From a virus, in the IMG/VR virus record IMGVR_UViG_3300032242_001844: a stretch of 64,000 nucleotides of DNA. One strand, given 5' to 3'. Below, piece by piece: positions 30,201-39,456 of this stretch. Position 1 is the stretch's first letter; each line of letters opens with the position of its first letter. The position numbers were made by a program, and so were the translations under genes. Below the pieces are notes generated by a model, which searched no databases, was not told where the DNA came from, and saw nothing but the letters and a program-made list of their open reading frames with translations.

Positions 30201-30309
30201 TAAACAAGAAAAATATTTTGGCAAGAAAAATGAATCAGTTAGAGAAAGTCGTACAACTCCTGCTGATCTAAAGTGGTTACAAGCTGTGGCGGGAATTATA
30301 AACAAATGA
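27241..30309 (+). CDS. 1022-aa modular late protein, putative processed head cargo
   Basis: Globular N-terminal half, then short modules separated by (I/L/V)xE sites; TAAATA 5 nt before ATG. Confidence 0.75.
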   Translation: MSNIDQAAEDLFFKLRNRFPKINMGNDSGSDTVDPEKARFFNFEYVDKESQRPYGRITCSLIDGSSLKVFFDTAITDRMIPADKNYWYRFLRELRRMAKSHMLNFDVRDITKDTLSRQDLQYMTKLNPEKKKMKESLEESRVLWQRRGKFSEGTLNNVRINVVHNEKMLENTNNRLLKVDRIYLVNENGEKFLLPFKSVGGAKAMANHVSRGGNPYDPQGQIISRAVSEMKNLSRFTSVTRTRTFEAAEATAVITAAQQMKESIKRHLSRLTNNSRSFSESLEALSDLISENTEDLSEVKGWFTQQTYNENLDNYLASAAGAYRKLKENATIDEAAGAVEKKIMDPNFKLVLKKDEGLDKLMSSRKYTDTTALLTTILGDIANRLITKDGDDVANFAALMGDLISSEGEAFGQKREPEYIKDKKLSIVLAQKYMKDLNAIRDNPEYEAEVRQDPTSRKTMKGPVSDEGDDFEESIMRIGEENHGASVEDITDAISHRLMRSGAANKLLSSHGLDAVIDAISNIAQQHAGAPELGSSDISIMVNQVMQDLGVKEGTVKESGLQYYTGKKKYGKDGMEALAKAGREGASQEQLGKIKDKYMKKEDAVSEGPMSAEPDYEVTVNGKPVDIHSLEVENPYPEDYPDFSDAYFSAGQFTDGTPMSDQELEQLGSENGDLLHTAAHDNFNGMYDEGIEEGIGKAAWELGKGAVKVPAKAIGRLAGGVGTGIANAAGKVVTGALKGAGDIAKGTAKGAFAALKGAGKDIAATAKNVKQAYKEDELSEEPNEGNEFSGNLAKAKAAGKKEFEVDGKTYPVKEEEKEKTKETPMKKDIEEMRKLAGLPLMENYIYAQEEESEEHEAGESHDEEHAEHKGNAPSSDDKAEYDQEGRMAKSDLKTAKDAADELRSILDDDENLPEWVQAKITKAVDYLDTARDYMKDNDVEYTAEAAAKKKPDADGDGVPDWADKKPGKDDNADKDDDDKSEKKGMSAKQEKYFGKKNESVRESRTTPADLKWLQAVAGIINK

Positions 30310-30539
30310 ACGACGCAATCGCAGATATCAAAAGACTCAGTGGTTTAGTTGAATCACAAACAATAAACGAAGCAAATGTTAATAGCATTGATGATGCCAT
30401 CAATACCCTTTCAAGTTTAAGAAAAATGGCAAAGAATCAGCAGTTATCACGCGAATATACTGCTGAACTTGCCAATGATGTTGTTGAGAACTTATATCCT
30501 GTTATTTTATTTTTAGATAACATTAGAAGAACTGCATAA
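30306..30539 (+). CDS. Small putative head protein
   Basis: IKRLSGLVE motif; ATGA overlap. Confidence 0.65.
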   Translation: MNDAIADIKRLSGLVESQTINEANVNSIDDAINTLSSLRKMAKNQQLSREYTAELANDVVENLYPVILFLDNIRRTA

Positions 30540-30574
30540 TAATTATTTGAAAGCATTGCCTAATTAAATAGGTT

Positions 30575-31909
30575 ATGCTTTCAAATACATTCTGTTCAAG
30601 TCCGTGGATTCATTTAAGAGTTCTGCCCAATGGAAATTATAATACATGTCGATGGGCAGCTAATAAAAATGTTAGCCAAAATATAAATCAAATCAGTTTA
30701 CAAGAGTTCTATAATGGCACTGAGATGTCAGAACTTCGCAGTGAATTATTGGATGGAAAAACTCCTTCTATTTGTGCTAGTTGCCAATACGAAGACAAAC
30801 ATAACAAACTAAGTGGCAGACGCAAGCAATTATTAAAAAGTGCGGTTACCGAAGCAGATTTTGATTTAAAAATGCGAGCTAGTCCGCATTATAAACATTT
30901 CAAATATAGTTGGGAAAATGCAGGAAAATCTGATTATCATCCAGTAGATTTGCAAATAGATTTAGGAAACATTTGTAACAGTGCTTGCATTATGTGTTCT
31001 CCAATGTATAGCAGTCGTCTTGAAAAAGATTATATTAAACTAAACTCATTGGCCGATGATTTATTTGAATTTCCCTTCAATAGTCAAAGTTGGACCAAAA
31101 ATCCTGAATTGATTGATAAATTTGTTGAAGAGATTGGACAAATCCCCAAGTTAAATTATATACATTTTTTGGGTGGAGAGACGCTATATGATGCAGCTTT
31201 CTATGCAATATGCGATAAATTAATAGAAAAAAATTTAGCAAAGGATATTATTGTTGGAACAACTACAAATGCTACAATATACAACAAAAAGATAGAGACA
31301 TATATTAAAAGTTTTCGTCAATTTCATTTAGGAATTAGTATAGAAAGCGTAACTAATTTAAATGATTATATTAGATATCCAAGTAAAATAGAGTCTGTTC
31401 TTGAAATAATTAATAAATTTTCTGCATTGAGAAAAGATAATAGATTATTTTTAAGTTTACGAATAACGCCTAATATTTTTACAATTTCTGAATTTGATAA
31501 ACTTGCCAGATATATGATAGAATATAATATATCAGCAGAAAGTTGTAATATACTAAACAGACCTAGTGTTCTTCGAATGGAATTAATGCCAGATGATATT
31601 AGGCAAGAAACAGTAGAACGATTAAAAGCAGTCATAGATGAATATAATTTAATTAAAAATAGTAATTTAGTTAATACGAGAAGCAATAAAACGGTAGATC
31701 AAAACATAGCAAATACTATTATAGAATACTATGATTTTATTTTGAACTATAGTATACCAGATAATGCAGAACAAGAACGCAAGAATTTAATTAGATTTTT
31801 AAATTCTTTCGAACATTTGAGAAACAATAGGATTACTGATTATGCTCCGAGATACACAGAATTTCTCAGAAATTATGGTTATGGAGACAAGAAACAAACT
31901 GCGGATTGA
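30575..31909 (+). CDS. Radical SAM protein with N-terminal SPASM/twitch-like domain
   Basis: FCSSPW..C..CASC; CNSACIMC; FLGGET; TTNAT. Confidence 0.85.
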   Translation: MLSNTFCSSPWIHLRVLPNGNYNTCRWAANKNVSQNINQISLQEFYNGTEMSELRSELLDGKTPSICASCQYEDKHNKLSGRRKQLLKSAVTEADFDLKMRASPHYKHFKYSWENAGKSDYHPVDLQIDLGNICNSACIMCSPMYSSRLEKDYIKLNSLADDLFEFPFNSQSWTKNPELIDKFVEEIGQIPKLNYIHFLGGETLYDAAFYAICDKLIEKNLAKDIIVGTTTNATIYNKKIETYIKSFRQFHLGISIESVTNLNDYIRYPSKIESVLEIINKFSALRKDNRLFLSLRITPNIFTISEFDKLARYMIEYNISAESCNILNRPSVLRMELMPDDIRQETVERLKAVIDEYNLIKNSNLVNTRSNKTVDQNIANTIIEYYDFILNYSIPDNAEQERKNLIRFLNSFEHLRNNRITDYAPRYTEFLRNYGYGDKKQTAD

Positions 31910-32222
31910 CATAGAACTTACGCTGCATCGTGATCCTAGTTTTAAATTTTTTGTTAACAACATCCTATTAACTGAACCAGTAACAACTTTATATTTTGAT
32001 TTATTAGATGATATACATTTGAGTTATCAATCGTTGAGTAATGCTGGCGCAGTTGAAATACAAAATATCAGTGTAAATGGCAATCAAATATTGCCTAAAT
32101 ATTTACATTTAGCAAGTCCGCCCACCAACTGGATTGAAAAAATCAACCATTGGGACTTTTCAATACCTTCTCCATTTTACAAATGGCATCAAGTTATTAC
32201 TGGACAAGGAGACGCCTTTTGA
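31875..32222 (+). CDS. Hypothetical protein
   Basis: Overlaps radical SAM end; start uncertain. Confidence 0.55.
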   Translation: MVMETRNKLRIDIELTLHRDPSFKFFVNNILLTEPVTTLYFDLLDDIHLSYQSLSNAGAVEIQNISVNGNQILPKYLHLASPPTNWIEKINHWDFSIPSPFYKWHQVITGQGDAF

Positions 32223-32950
32223 ATAAGCCGTTGCTCACTGACATAGAAGCATACCCTCAGTATCCATGGGCACGATGGGTTTACAATAAGCTATTATTAT
32301 CACAGGCACTTGGTTATGAGTGTGCGCCACATGGCATCCTTCCTAAAAAATATCCTGTATTTTCTAAACCTATAATAAATTTAGAAGGTATGGCGATTGG
32401 AAGTTGTGTATGGGATAGTGCAGATGATGTTGAATACATACCAGGTCATTTTTGGATGCCATACTTTACTGGCGAACATTGTTCATATGATATTCAGCTT
32501 AAAGGCGGCAAAGTAGTATATTGTAAAAAAGCTATCGCACGATTAAGCAACGACCATAAAGTAATTGAACACTGGCTTATTGTAAATGGCGATTTAGAAG
32601 AAGCAGAGTTGCTGTGGAAAAATTTGTTGCCAGAGTTTAGTGGACATGTAAACTTTGAAACAATGGGCGGCAACATATTTGAAGTTCACCTGCGATGGGC
32701 AGCAGAATGGTATGATTGGTATGATAATGGAATGTTATTGTTTTATAGTGTACCAGTATGGTGGGAAACACTGCCACAATCATTTGATATTGACATAAGC
32801 CATCCAGAAACAGTATTAATTAAAGATGTTAGTGGCGATATTACTAATAATAGCCTACAGTATAAGCGCAGTCACATAATATTAAGTGAGTCATTGACAA
32901 TGGCGCGACGCGCCCGTGATGAAATTATTTCTGCGAATACGAAAAAATAA
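32219..32950 (+). CDS. ATP-grasp-like protein
   Basis: YPVFSKP..NL.GM, FWMPYFTGEH, VNFE....IFEVHLR; TTG start after AAGGAG. Confidence 0.6.
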   Translation: MNKPLLTDIEAYPQYPWARWVYNKLLLSQALGYECAPHGILPKKYPVFSKPIINLEGMAIGSCVWDSADDVEYIPGHFWMPYFTGEHCSYDIQLKGGKVVYCKKAIARLSNDHKVIEHWLIVNGDLEEAELLWKNLLPEFSGHVNFETMGGNIFEVHLRWAAEWYDWYDNGMLLFYSVPVWWETLPQSFDIDISHPETVLIKDVSGDITNNSLQYKRSHIILSESLTMARRARDEIISANTKK

Positions 32951-32951
32951 A

Positions 32952-32982
32952 TTGACAATACTTTTCATTCGATGTATAAATA
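32952..32982 (+). promoter_or_regulatory. Overlapping sigma70 (TTGACA-N17-TATAAA) and T4-type late (TATAAATA) promoter for SSB
   Basis: Direct sequence. Confidence 0.7.
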
Positions 32983-33044
32983 GATATATGCAGTGGAAAT
33001 AACTCCATTGTATTTGGCACATATGGCAAAAAGGAAAATACATT

Positions 33045-34049
33045 ATGGCTTCATTGGCAGAAATCCGTGCGAAACTCGCACAGCAAGAAACCCGCAATAG
33101 CGGAAGTAACGGCGGCGGTCGTGATAACGCAGTTTACCCTCATTGGAATATCCCAGAAAATTCAACAGCGCGTATTAGGTTCTTGCCTGATAGCGATGAA
33201 AAAAATGATTTCTTCTGGGTTGAACGAGCAATGATTCGCTTGCCTTTCGCAGGTGTTAAGGGTCAGATGAACAGCAAACCTGTTGTTGTTCAAGTACCTT
33301 GCGTAGAAATGTGGGATGAGACATGCCCAGTTCTTACTGAGGTTCGCACATGGTTCAAGGACAAGAGCCTTGAAGATATGGGCCGTAAGTATTGGAAGAA
33401 GCGTTCTTATATCTTCCAAGGTATCGTTCGTGATAACCCACTGGTTGAAGAGAACACTCCAGAGAATCCAATTCGTCGGTTTGTTATTAGCCCCAGCATT
33501 TATCCATTGATCATTGCTGCATTGAAAGACCCAGACATTGATGAACTGCCAACAGACTATATTCGTGGTCTGGATTTCAGCATCACTAAAACGAGCAAGG
33601 GTCAGTATGCAGACTATGCTACCAGCAAGTGGGCGCGTAAGGAGTCTGGGTTGTCTCAGACAGAGTTGGCTGCGATTGAATCTTTTGGTCTTCATGACCT
33701 TAAGAGTTTCCTTCCAAAGAAGCCTGGACCTGATGAACTTAAGATCATCAAGGAGATGTTTGAGGCATCCGTAGACGGCGCTACATATGATGAAAATCGT
33801 TGGGGTCAGTACTACAAGCCTACTGGTGCATCTACTAACCCAGACGCAGCAGACGATCTTCCTGCTGTTCCAGCCGCACGACCAACTGTAGCTTACAGTC
33901 GTCCTGCAGTAGTTCAAGAGGATGTTCCTTTTGATACAGATGACACGCCTGTGGCATCTGCGCCAGTATCTACCGCCCCAAAGGGCGATAGCAATGCTCG
34001 TGCTGCTGAAATTCTCAGCATGATTCGCAATCGCAAGACTGCAGAATAA
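33045..34049 (+). CDS. gp32: Single-stranded DNA-binding protein
   Basis: ARIRFLPD, CPV, RKYWKKRSY, GLDF.ITK, acidic C-terminal region. Confidence 0.9.
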   Translation: MASLAEIRAKLAQQETRNSGSNGGGRDNAVYPHWNIPENSTARIRFLPDSDEKNDFFWVERAMIRLPFAGVKGQMNSKPVVVQVPCVEMWDETCPVLTEVRTWFKDKSLEDMGRKYWKKRSYIFQGIVRDNPLVEENTPENPIRRFVISPSIYPLIIAALKDPDIDELPTDYIRGLDFSITKTSKGQYADYATSKWARKESGLSQTELAAIESFGLHDLKSFLPKKPGPDELKIIKEMFEASVDGATYDENRWGQYYKPTGASTNPDAADDLPAVPAARPTVAYSRPAVVQEDVPFDTDDTPVASAPVSTAPKGDSNARAAEILSMIRNRKTAE

Positions 34050-34060
34050 TAGCACATTAA

Positions 34061-34101
34061 GGGACAGGATTATTGACAATCCTGTCCCATTTTTATATAA
34101 T
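34061..34101 (+). terminator. Terminator hairpin whose loop holds the -35 of the uvsX promoter
   Basis: gggacaggat...atcctgtccc plus T-run; TTGACA(34073)-N17-TATAAT. Confidence 0.7.
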
Positions 34102-34129
34102 AATTGAATAATTTAACAAAGGCACAATC

Positions 34130-35179
34130 ATGGCTAAACCATTTGACATATCAAAATTTCGTAAAGACCTGACAAAAGCAATTCCAGGCATGAGTGTTGG
34201 ATATAATGATCCAACTGACTGGGTTTCTACAGGCAATTATACTCTCAATTATCGCATCAGTGGCGATTTTAATAAAGGCATTCCACTTGGTAAAGTAACC
34301 GTGTTTGCTGGAGAAAGTGGTGCTGGCAAGAGTTATATTTGCAGTGGAAATATTGTCAAGAACGCGCAAGATCAGGGCATTTATGTAATTCTAATTGATA
34401 CCGAAAATGCGCTTGATGAAGATTGGCTAAAAGCACTTGGCGTTAAGACTGATGAAGATCATCTTCTTAAACTTAATATGGCAATGATTGATGATGTTGC
34501 CAAGACTATCACTAACTTTATGGACCACTATAAGGCAATGTCTGAAGAAGCGCGTCCAAAGGTTCTATTTGTAATTGATTCTCTTGGTATGTTACTTACT
34601 CCAACCGATGTTAATCAGTTTGAATCAGGTGATTTGAAAGGTGACATGGGCCGTAAGCCAAAGGCATTGACTGCGCTAGTTCGTAACTGTGTTAATATGT
34701 TTGGTTCTTATAACATTGGCATGGTTGCAACTAATCATACCTATGCGTCACAGGACATGTTTGATCCAGATGATAAAATTTCTGGCGGACAGGGGTTTGT
34801 ATATGCTTCTTCTATTGTAGTTGCTATGCGCAAACTAAAATTGAAAGAAGATGAAGATGGCAACAAAACATCAGAAGTAAATGGTATTCGTGCCGCATGT
34901 AAGGTAATGAAAACTCGTTATGCTAAACCATTTGAAAGTGTTCAAGTTAAGATTCCTTATACTACTGGCATGAGTCCTTATAGCGGTCTTATTGATATGT
35001 TTGAATCAGAAGGTATTCTTGTAAAAGCTGGCAATATGCTTCAATATACAAGTCCTGTAACTGGCGAAATTACAAAAGCATTTCGTAAAAATTGGACAGA
35101 TGAGCAATTGAATATAATTATGGAAGAGTATGGCAAGCATACTCCTATTACTAAAAAGGAAGAAATAGAGAATGAGTGA
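34130..35179 (+). CDS. uvsX: RecA-like recombinase
   Basis: GESGAGKS, IDTENA, VIDSLG, NHTY, SGGQG. Confidence 0.93.
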   Translation: MAKPFDISKFRKDLTKAIPGMSVGYNDPTDWVSTGNYTLNYRISGDFNKGIPLGKVTVFAGESGAGKSYICSGNIVKNAQDQGIYVILIDTENALDEDWLKALGVKTDEDHLLKLNMAMIDDVAKTITNFMDHYKAMSEEARPKVLFVIDSLGMLLTPTDVNQFESGDLKGDMGRKPKALTALVRNCVNMFGSYNIGMVATNHTYASQDMFDPDDKISGGQGFVYASSIVVAMRKLKLKEDEDGNKTSEVNGIRAACKVMKTRYAKPFESVQVKIPYTTGMSPYSGLIDMFESEGILVKAGNMLQYTSPVTGEITKAFRKNWTDEQLNIIMEEYGKHTPITKKEEIENE

Positions 35180-35393
35180 GAGTGGTGAACTTTTAACAAT
35201 TTTTTGGCAAACTATTAAAGAATATATTTCTGCCAAAGATCGACAAGTAGCTGCAGACCATGTTATCAATGAATTAGTTGATGCTGGAATTACTGACAAC
35301 GATTTACAACAACTAGCCGTTGATCGTATTATGCAAGCAGCTATCAGTGAACATCTTGATATAGAAGAATCTGACGAAGAAATTGAGGAATAA
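35172..35393 (+). CDS. Small acidic hypothetical protein
   Basis: Coupled between uvsX and uvsY. Confidence 0.7.
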   Translation: MSESGELLTIFWQTIKEYISAKDRQVAADHVINELVDAGITDNDLQQLAVDRIMQAAISEHLDIEESDEEIEE

Positions 35394-35845
35394 TGTGGTA
35401 TAGCAAAGTAGTTAGTAGCTTAGATAACATCCCAAATTTTATAAATTATTATGAATCTGAGTTAATCAACGCTGAAAAAGATATTGAAGTTAAAGGAAAT
35501 GTTGAAAAAAATTTAACTGCTTTGCCAGGCATTACTGCTTATCGTTATAATCAATTGCAAGAAATTGAAGCAATTTTAAACTATCTTAATTTGCAACTTA
35601 GGCAAATTCGTCGTAAACATTTTCAAAAATACCTAGAACACTATGCTCGTGCATTAACTTCACGAGATGCTGAAAAGTATGTTGATGGCGAACAAGAAGT
35701 AATTGACTTTGAAACTATTATCAATGAAGTTGCTCTGCTACGAAATCGTTGGTTAGGCATCATTAAATCCATTGAAAGTAAAAATTTTATGATGGGTCAT
35801 ATCGTTCGTCTTCGTACTGCAGGTATGGAAGATACAAATCTATAA
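35393..35845 (+). CDS. uvsY: Recombination mediator
   Basis: Helical; LTSRDAEKYVDGE; LRTAGMED; adjacent to uvsX. Confidence 0.8.
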   Translation: MWYSKVVSSLDNIPNFINYYESELINAEKDIEVKGNVEKNLTALPGITAYRYNQLQEIEAILNYLNLQLRQIRRKHFQKYLEHYARALTSRDAEKYVDGEQEVIDFETIINEVALLRNRWLGIIKSIESKNFMMGHIVRLRTAGMEDTNL

Positions 35846-35901
35846 TTAATTTAAATTGACAATGTAGTCAATAATATATACATTATATCAACGAGGTAAA
35901 A

Positions 35902-36924
35902 ATGAAGAAAGCACTTATTACTGGTATTGCTGGTCAAGATGGCAGCTACCTAGCAGAACTACTACTAAACAAAGGATATGAAGTTCACGGACTTATTCGT
36001 CGTAGTGCTAACTTTGACCATCCAAACATTGTTACTGTCAAAGATCATGTTAAGTTTCATAATGGTGACTTGAGTGATAGTAATAGCATCCGTAATCTTA
36101 TTGACAAGGTAGAACCAGACGAGATTTATAATCTTGCTGCACAAAGCCATGTCAAAGTGTCATTTGATATGCCAGAACTAACTGGTGATACAAATGCACT
36201 AGGTCCGCTGCGTATTCTTGACAGTATCCGCAGTCTCAAGCTAACAAATAAAACAAAGTTCTATCAGGCATCAACTAGTGAAATGTTTGGTATTCAGAAG
36301 TTTAATCCACAGAAGGAAGATACGCCATTCTATCCTGGTTCGCCGTACAGTGCAGCCAAATTGTATGCATATTGGATCACGGTAAACTATCGTGAAAGTT
36401 ATAAGATTTTCGGTTGCAACGGACTACTATTCAACCATGAGTCTCCTCGCCGTGGCGAACTATTTGTTACTCGTAAAATTACCAAAGCATTTGCCAACAT
36501 GGTATTAGGTAAGCAGAAGGTTCTAGAACTTGGCAATATGGATTCACTTCGTGATTGGGGTCATGCCAAGGATTATGTTCGCGCAATGTGGATGATGCTA
36601 CAACACGAAACACCAGATGATTATGTTGTTGCAACAGGTATTCAAAGCAGCATTCGTGATTTTTGTAACTCGACTGCTGCATACTTTGGTATCAAGTTGG
36701 TTTGGGAAGGCAGTGGAGTTGATGAAGTTGCTCGCAATGCTGTAACTGGTGATGTAATGATTAAGGTCAACCCAGAGTTCTATCGTCCAGTAGATGTTGT
36801 TAATATTCAAGGTGATGCAACTAAAGTTCGCGAAGTTCTTGGGTGGGAACCGCAATTTACACTTCAAGACCTTGTTAATGATATGTGCGAAACTGATTAT
36901 AATCTTGCAAAGGTTTATCCATGA
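35902..36924 (+). CDS. gmd: GDP-mannose 4,6-dehydratase
   Basis: ALITGIAGQDGSYL, YNLAAQSHV, QASTSE, SPYSAAK, FNHESPRRG, RDWGHAKDY. Confidence 0.95.
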   Translation: MKKALITGIAGQDGSYLAELLLNKGYEVHGLIRRSANFDHPNIVTVKDHVKFHNGDLSDSNSIRNLIDKVEPDEIYNLAAQSHVKVSFDMPELTGDTNALGPLRILDSIRSLKLTNKTKFYQASTSEMFGIQKFNPQKEDTPFYPGSPYSAAKLYAYWITVNYRESYKIFGCNGLLFNHESPRRGELFVTRKITKAFANMVLGKQKVLELGNMDSLRDWGHAKDYVRAMWMMLQHETPDDYVVATGIQSSIRDFCNSTAAYFGIKLVWEGSGVDEVARNAVTGDVMIKVNPEFYRPVDVVNIQGDATKVREVLGWEPQFTLQDLVNDMCETDYNLAKVYP

Positions 36925-37307
36925 GCATAATCCTTGCTCCAATTGGCGTTGGAGAATTGTACGACAAGATTACAATTCTCCAAATTAAATTGGCAGAGAT
37001 TAAAGATTTTGATAAACTATCGCATGTTCGTCGTGAGTTAAATGAACTTACTGCACTTACTGGTCAGTTTGAAGATATCAACTTGGCGCAAGAGATTACA
37101 GAATTGCTAGAAGTTAACAAGGTTATTTGGCGCAACGAAGACCTTGCAAGGACATATGGTCCTAGTGAAGACAAGAAACCATATGATATGGATTTTGTTC
37201 ACATTGCAAGTTCAACTTATGCAGCAAATACTCGTCGTGCACAAGTAAAACAAATTATCAATAAAAAGTGCAACAGCACAATCGTAGAAGCAAAAAGTTA
37301 CACATAA
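36921..37307 (+). CDS. DUF6165-like helical protein
   Basis: GELYDKITILQIK...N..R..K..IN...S.IVE.KSY. Confidence 0.7.
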   Translation: MSIILAPIGVGELYDKITILQIKLAEIKDFDKLSHVRRELNELTALTGQFEDINLAQEITELLEVNKVIWRNEDLARTYGPSEDKKPYDMDFVHIASSTYAANTRRAQVKQIINKKCNSTIVEAKSYT

Positions 37308-37317
37308 GGAAGATTCA

Positions 37318-38538
37318 ATGAAAAAGATTTTAGAATTAGGTGATCACTATGTAAGTGATTTTATGAAACCAAACGCAGAAATGCGTGAAACAAAACCATG
37401 GAGTCTTGACCTTTATCTTGACGAGACTATCGGTGCAGTTCGTCTTGATGGTGTAGCACCACTTGATAAGATGTATGGACAGTATTGGTATCGTAGTGGT
37501 ATCAACACAAGTATGACGAAGCAATTAGGTGAAATTGTAAGCGAAATCACAAGCCGTGTTAAAATCAATGATGGCGATATCTGGCTAGATATCGCTTGTA
37601 ATGACGGCACACTGCTTCGTCAAGTTCCTGATAACATGATTAAGTTGGGCATTGATCCCGCTGATGATTCATATCTAGAAGAAAGCAGCAAGGTTGCAGA
37701 AGTCAAACAAGATTTCTTTAGTCGTGAAGCATATGATAGCCTTGGACACGGCGGCGAAAAGGCAAAGGTCATTACTTGTATTGCTATGTTCTATGACTTG
37801 AACGATCCTCGTCCATTCATCCGTGACGCTCATTCTATTCTTGCTGACGATGGCGTATTTGTTCTACAGATGAGTTATACTCCGCTTATGTTGAAGCAGT
37901 TGGCGTTTGATAACATCTGTCATGAGCATGTGTATTATTATGATCTTCGCAGTATTCGTAAATTGTTTGCGAGTGAAGGATTTGTGCTGCGTGATTGTTC
38001 ACTAAATGACACCAACGGTGGTTCATTCCGTGTTACTTTCCAGAAGGATACTAGCGACGAGAAGACTTTTGCTACACAACAGGTGCGTGATGTGTGCGGA
38101 TTCCGTATCTCTTCAACTCTTGCATATGAAACACAACAGTGGGATATCACTGATGAGAAACTTTGGAAAGAATTTGGTGATAATATATGGGATTTAAAGA
38201 TTCAAGTTCTTGAATTTTTGCATAAAGCTAAAGAAGAAGGCAAGAAAGTCTATGGATATGGTGCATCAACTAAGGGCAATACACTACTGCAATTATTTGA
38301 AATTACACCAGATTTGGTAACTGCTATTGCTGAACGCTCGCCATACAAGTTTGGTCTACAAACCGTTGGAACTAACATTCCAATCGTAAGTGAAGCAGAG
38401 ATGCGAGCAGCAAACCCTGATTATCTACTTGTTCTCCCATGGCACTTTATTGATGAGTTTGTCAAGCGTGAAAGTGATTTTATTGCCAAGGGTGGCAAGC
38501 TAGTTGTTCCATGTCCAACATTTCAGGTTATTGGATAA
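37318..38538 (+). CDS. NDP-hexose 3-C-methyltransferase
   Basis: LDIACNDG, FDNICHEH, YGASTKGNTLL, PDYLLVLPW. Confidence 0.9.
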   Translation: MKKILELGDHYVSDFMKPNAEMRETKPWSLDLYLDETIGAVRLDGVAPLDKMYGQYWYRSGINTSMTKQLGEIVSEITSRVKINDGDIWLDIACNDGTLLRQVPDNMIKLGIDPADDSYLEESSKVAEVKQDFFSREAYDSLGHGGEKAKVITCIAMFYDLNDPRPFIRDAHSILADDGVFVLQMSYTPLMLKQLAFDNICHEHVYYYDLRSIRKLFASEGFVLRDCSLNDTNGGSFRVTFQKDTSDEKTFATQQVRDVCGFRISSTLAYETQQWDITDEKLWKEFGDNIWDLKIQVLEFLHKAKEEGKKVYGYGASTKGNTLLQLFEITPDLVTAIAERSPYKFGLQTVGTNIPIVSEAEMRAANPDYLLVLPWHFIDEFVKRESDFIAKGGKLVVPCPTFQVIG

Positions 38539-38541
38539 TCT

Positions 38542-39456
38542 ATGGAAAATATAGTATTCTTTAATCATTGGCATTATGGCGACCTATTCTCTACACGAGG
38601 ATGGGTTGCCGATATCAAGAGACAGATGCCACAATCAAACTTTTATTATGCACATAAGAAAAATCCTCGTGCAATTATTGACCTTGTAGAGACGCTAGAT
38701 GAAGAAAACAACCGCACGGTTCTTGATGGCATTAATCAGTGGAACCGCTTTGGCAGTGACGACGATACCATTCTTATTAATACATGGGTGGGGTCATATA
38801 TGGGATTATGGGCTAACACCCATCCTTCTTACATTAGCCATCACCGCATTGTGGGCGAGTGTTACAATAATCTTCGTCAGCAATTTGGCATCGACCTCAA
38901 ATTAAGTGATGATGTATGGGATTATGTTCCGCAGATCGATTATAGCGTTTACAATACGGCTGCAGTAGACAACTACGCAGGTTTTAACGGCAATGTATAT
39001 CTTTTCTGTAATAGTGCAGTTGCTAGTAAACAAAGCAGCATGGACAATATGCAAAAAGTTATTGAACATGTTGCTGCAAATCACAGTAGTGATACTTTTG
39101 TTGCCACTGAAAAGTTTGAAACTAAACTTGACAATATAGTATTCACCAGCGATATTTTTAATAATGAATGTGATTTATGTGATATATCTTATTTGTCAAC
39201 TAAAGTTAACTTGATTGTTGGCAAGAACAGTGGTCCATTCACTTATGCTAATACCAAGCAAAATCTTTTAGATATGAATAAAGTATTTGTAAACTTCAGT
39301 CATAAACCAGAAGATACACTGCCATATGGATTAGATATTAAAGCTGATTTTCGTAGTAGTACAACAACTTACGCAAGTCCAGCAGTAAAAATTATCGAAA
39401 CTGCTATCAACGATATCTATAATAACAAGCAGAGCAGCGGCTATAAAAATGCGTAA
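38542..39456 (+). CDS. Glycosyltransferase-like (GT-B) hypothetical
   Basis: HYGDLF, IVGKNSGP; inside sugar cluster. Confidence 0.5.
   Translation: MENIVFFNHWHYGDLFSTRGWVADIKRQMPQSNFYYAHKKNPRAIIDLVETLDEENNRTVLDGINQWNRFGSDDDTILINTWVGSYMGLWANTHPSYISHHRIVGECYNNLRQQFGIDLKLSDDVWDYVPQIDYSVYNTAAVDNYAGFNGNVYLFCNSAVASKQSSMDNMQKVIEHVAANHSSDTFVATEKFETKLDNIVFTSDIFNNECDLCDISYLSTKVNLIVGKNSGPFTYANTKQNLLDMNKVFVNFSHKPEDTLPYGLDIKADFRSSTTTYASPAVKIIETAINDIYNNKQSSGYKNA

Noticed and set aside
33162-34079. 305-aa antisense ORF opposite gp32
   Set aside because: Shadow of codon bias in a well-supported gene; no motifs or RBS
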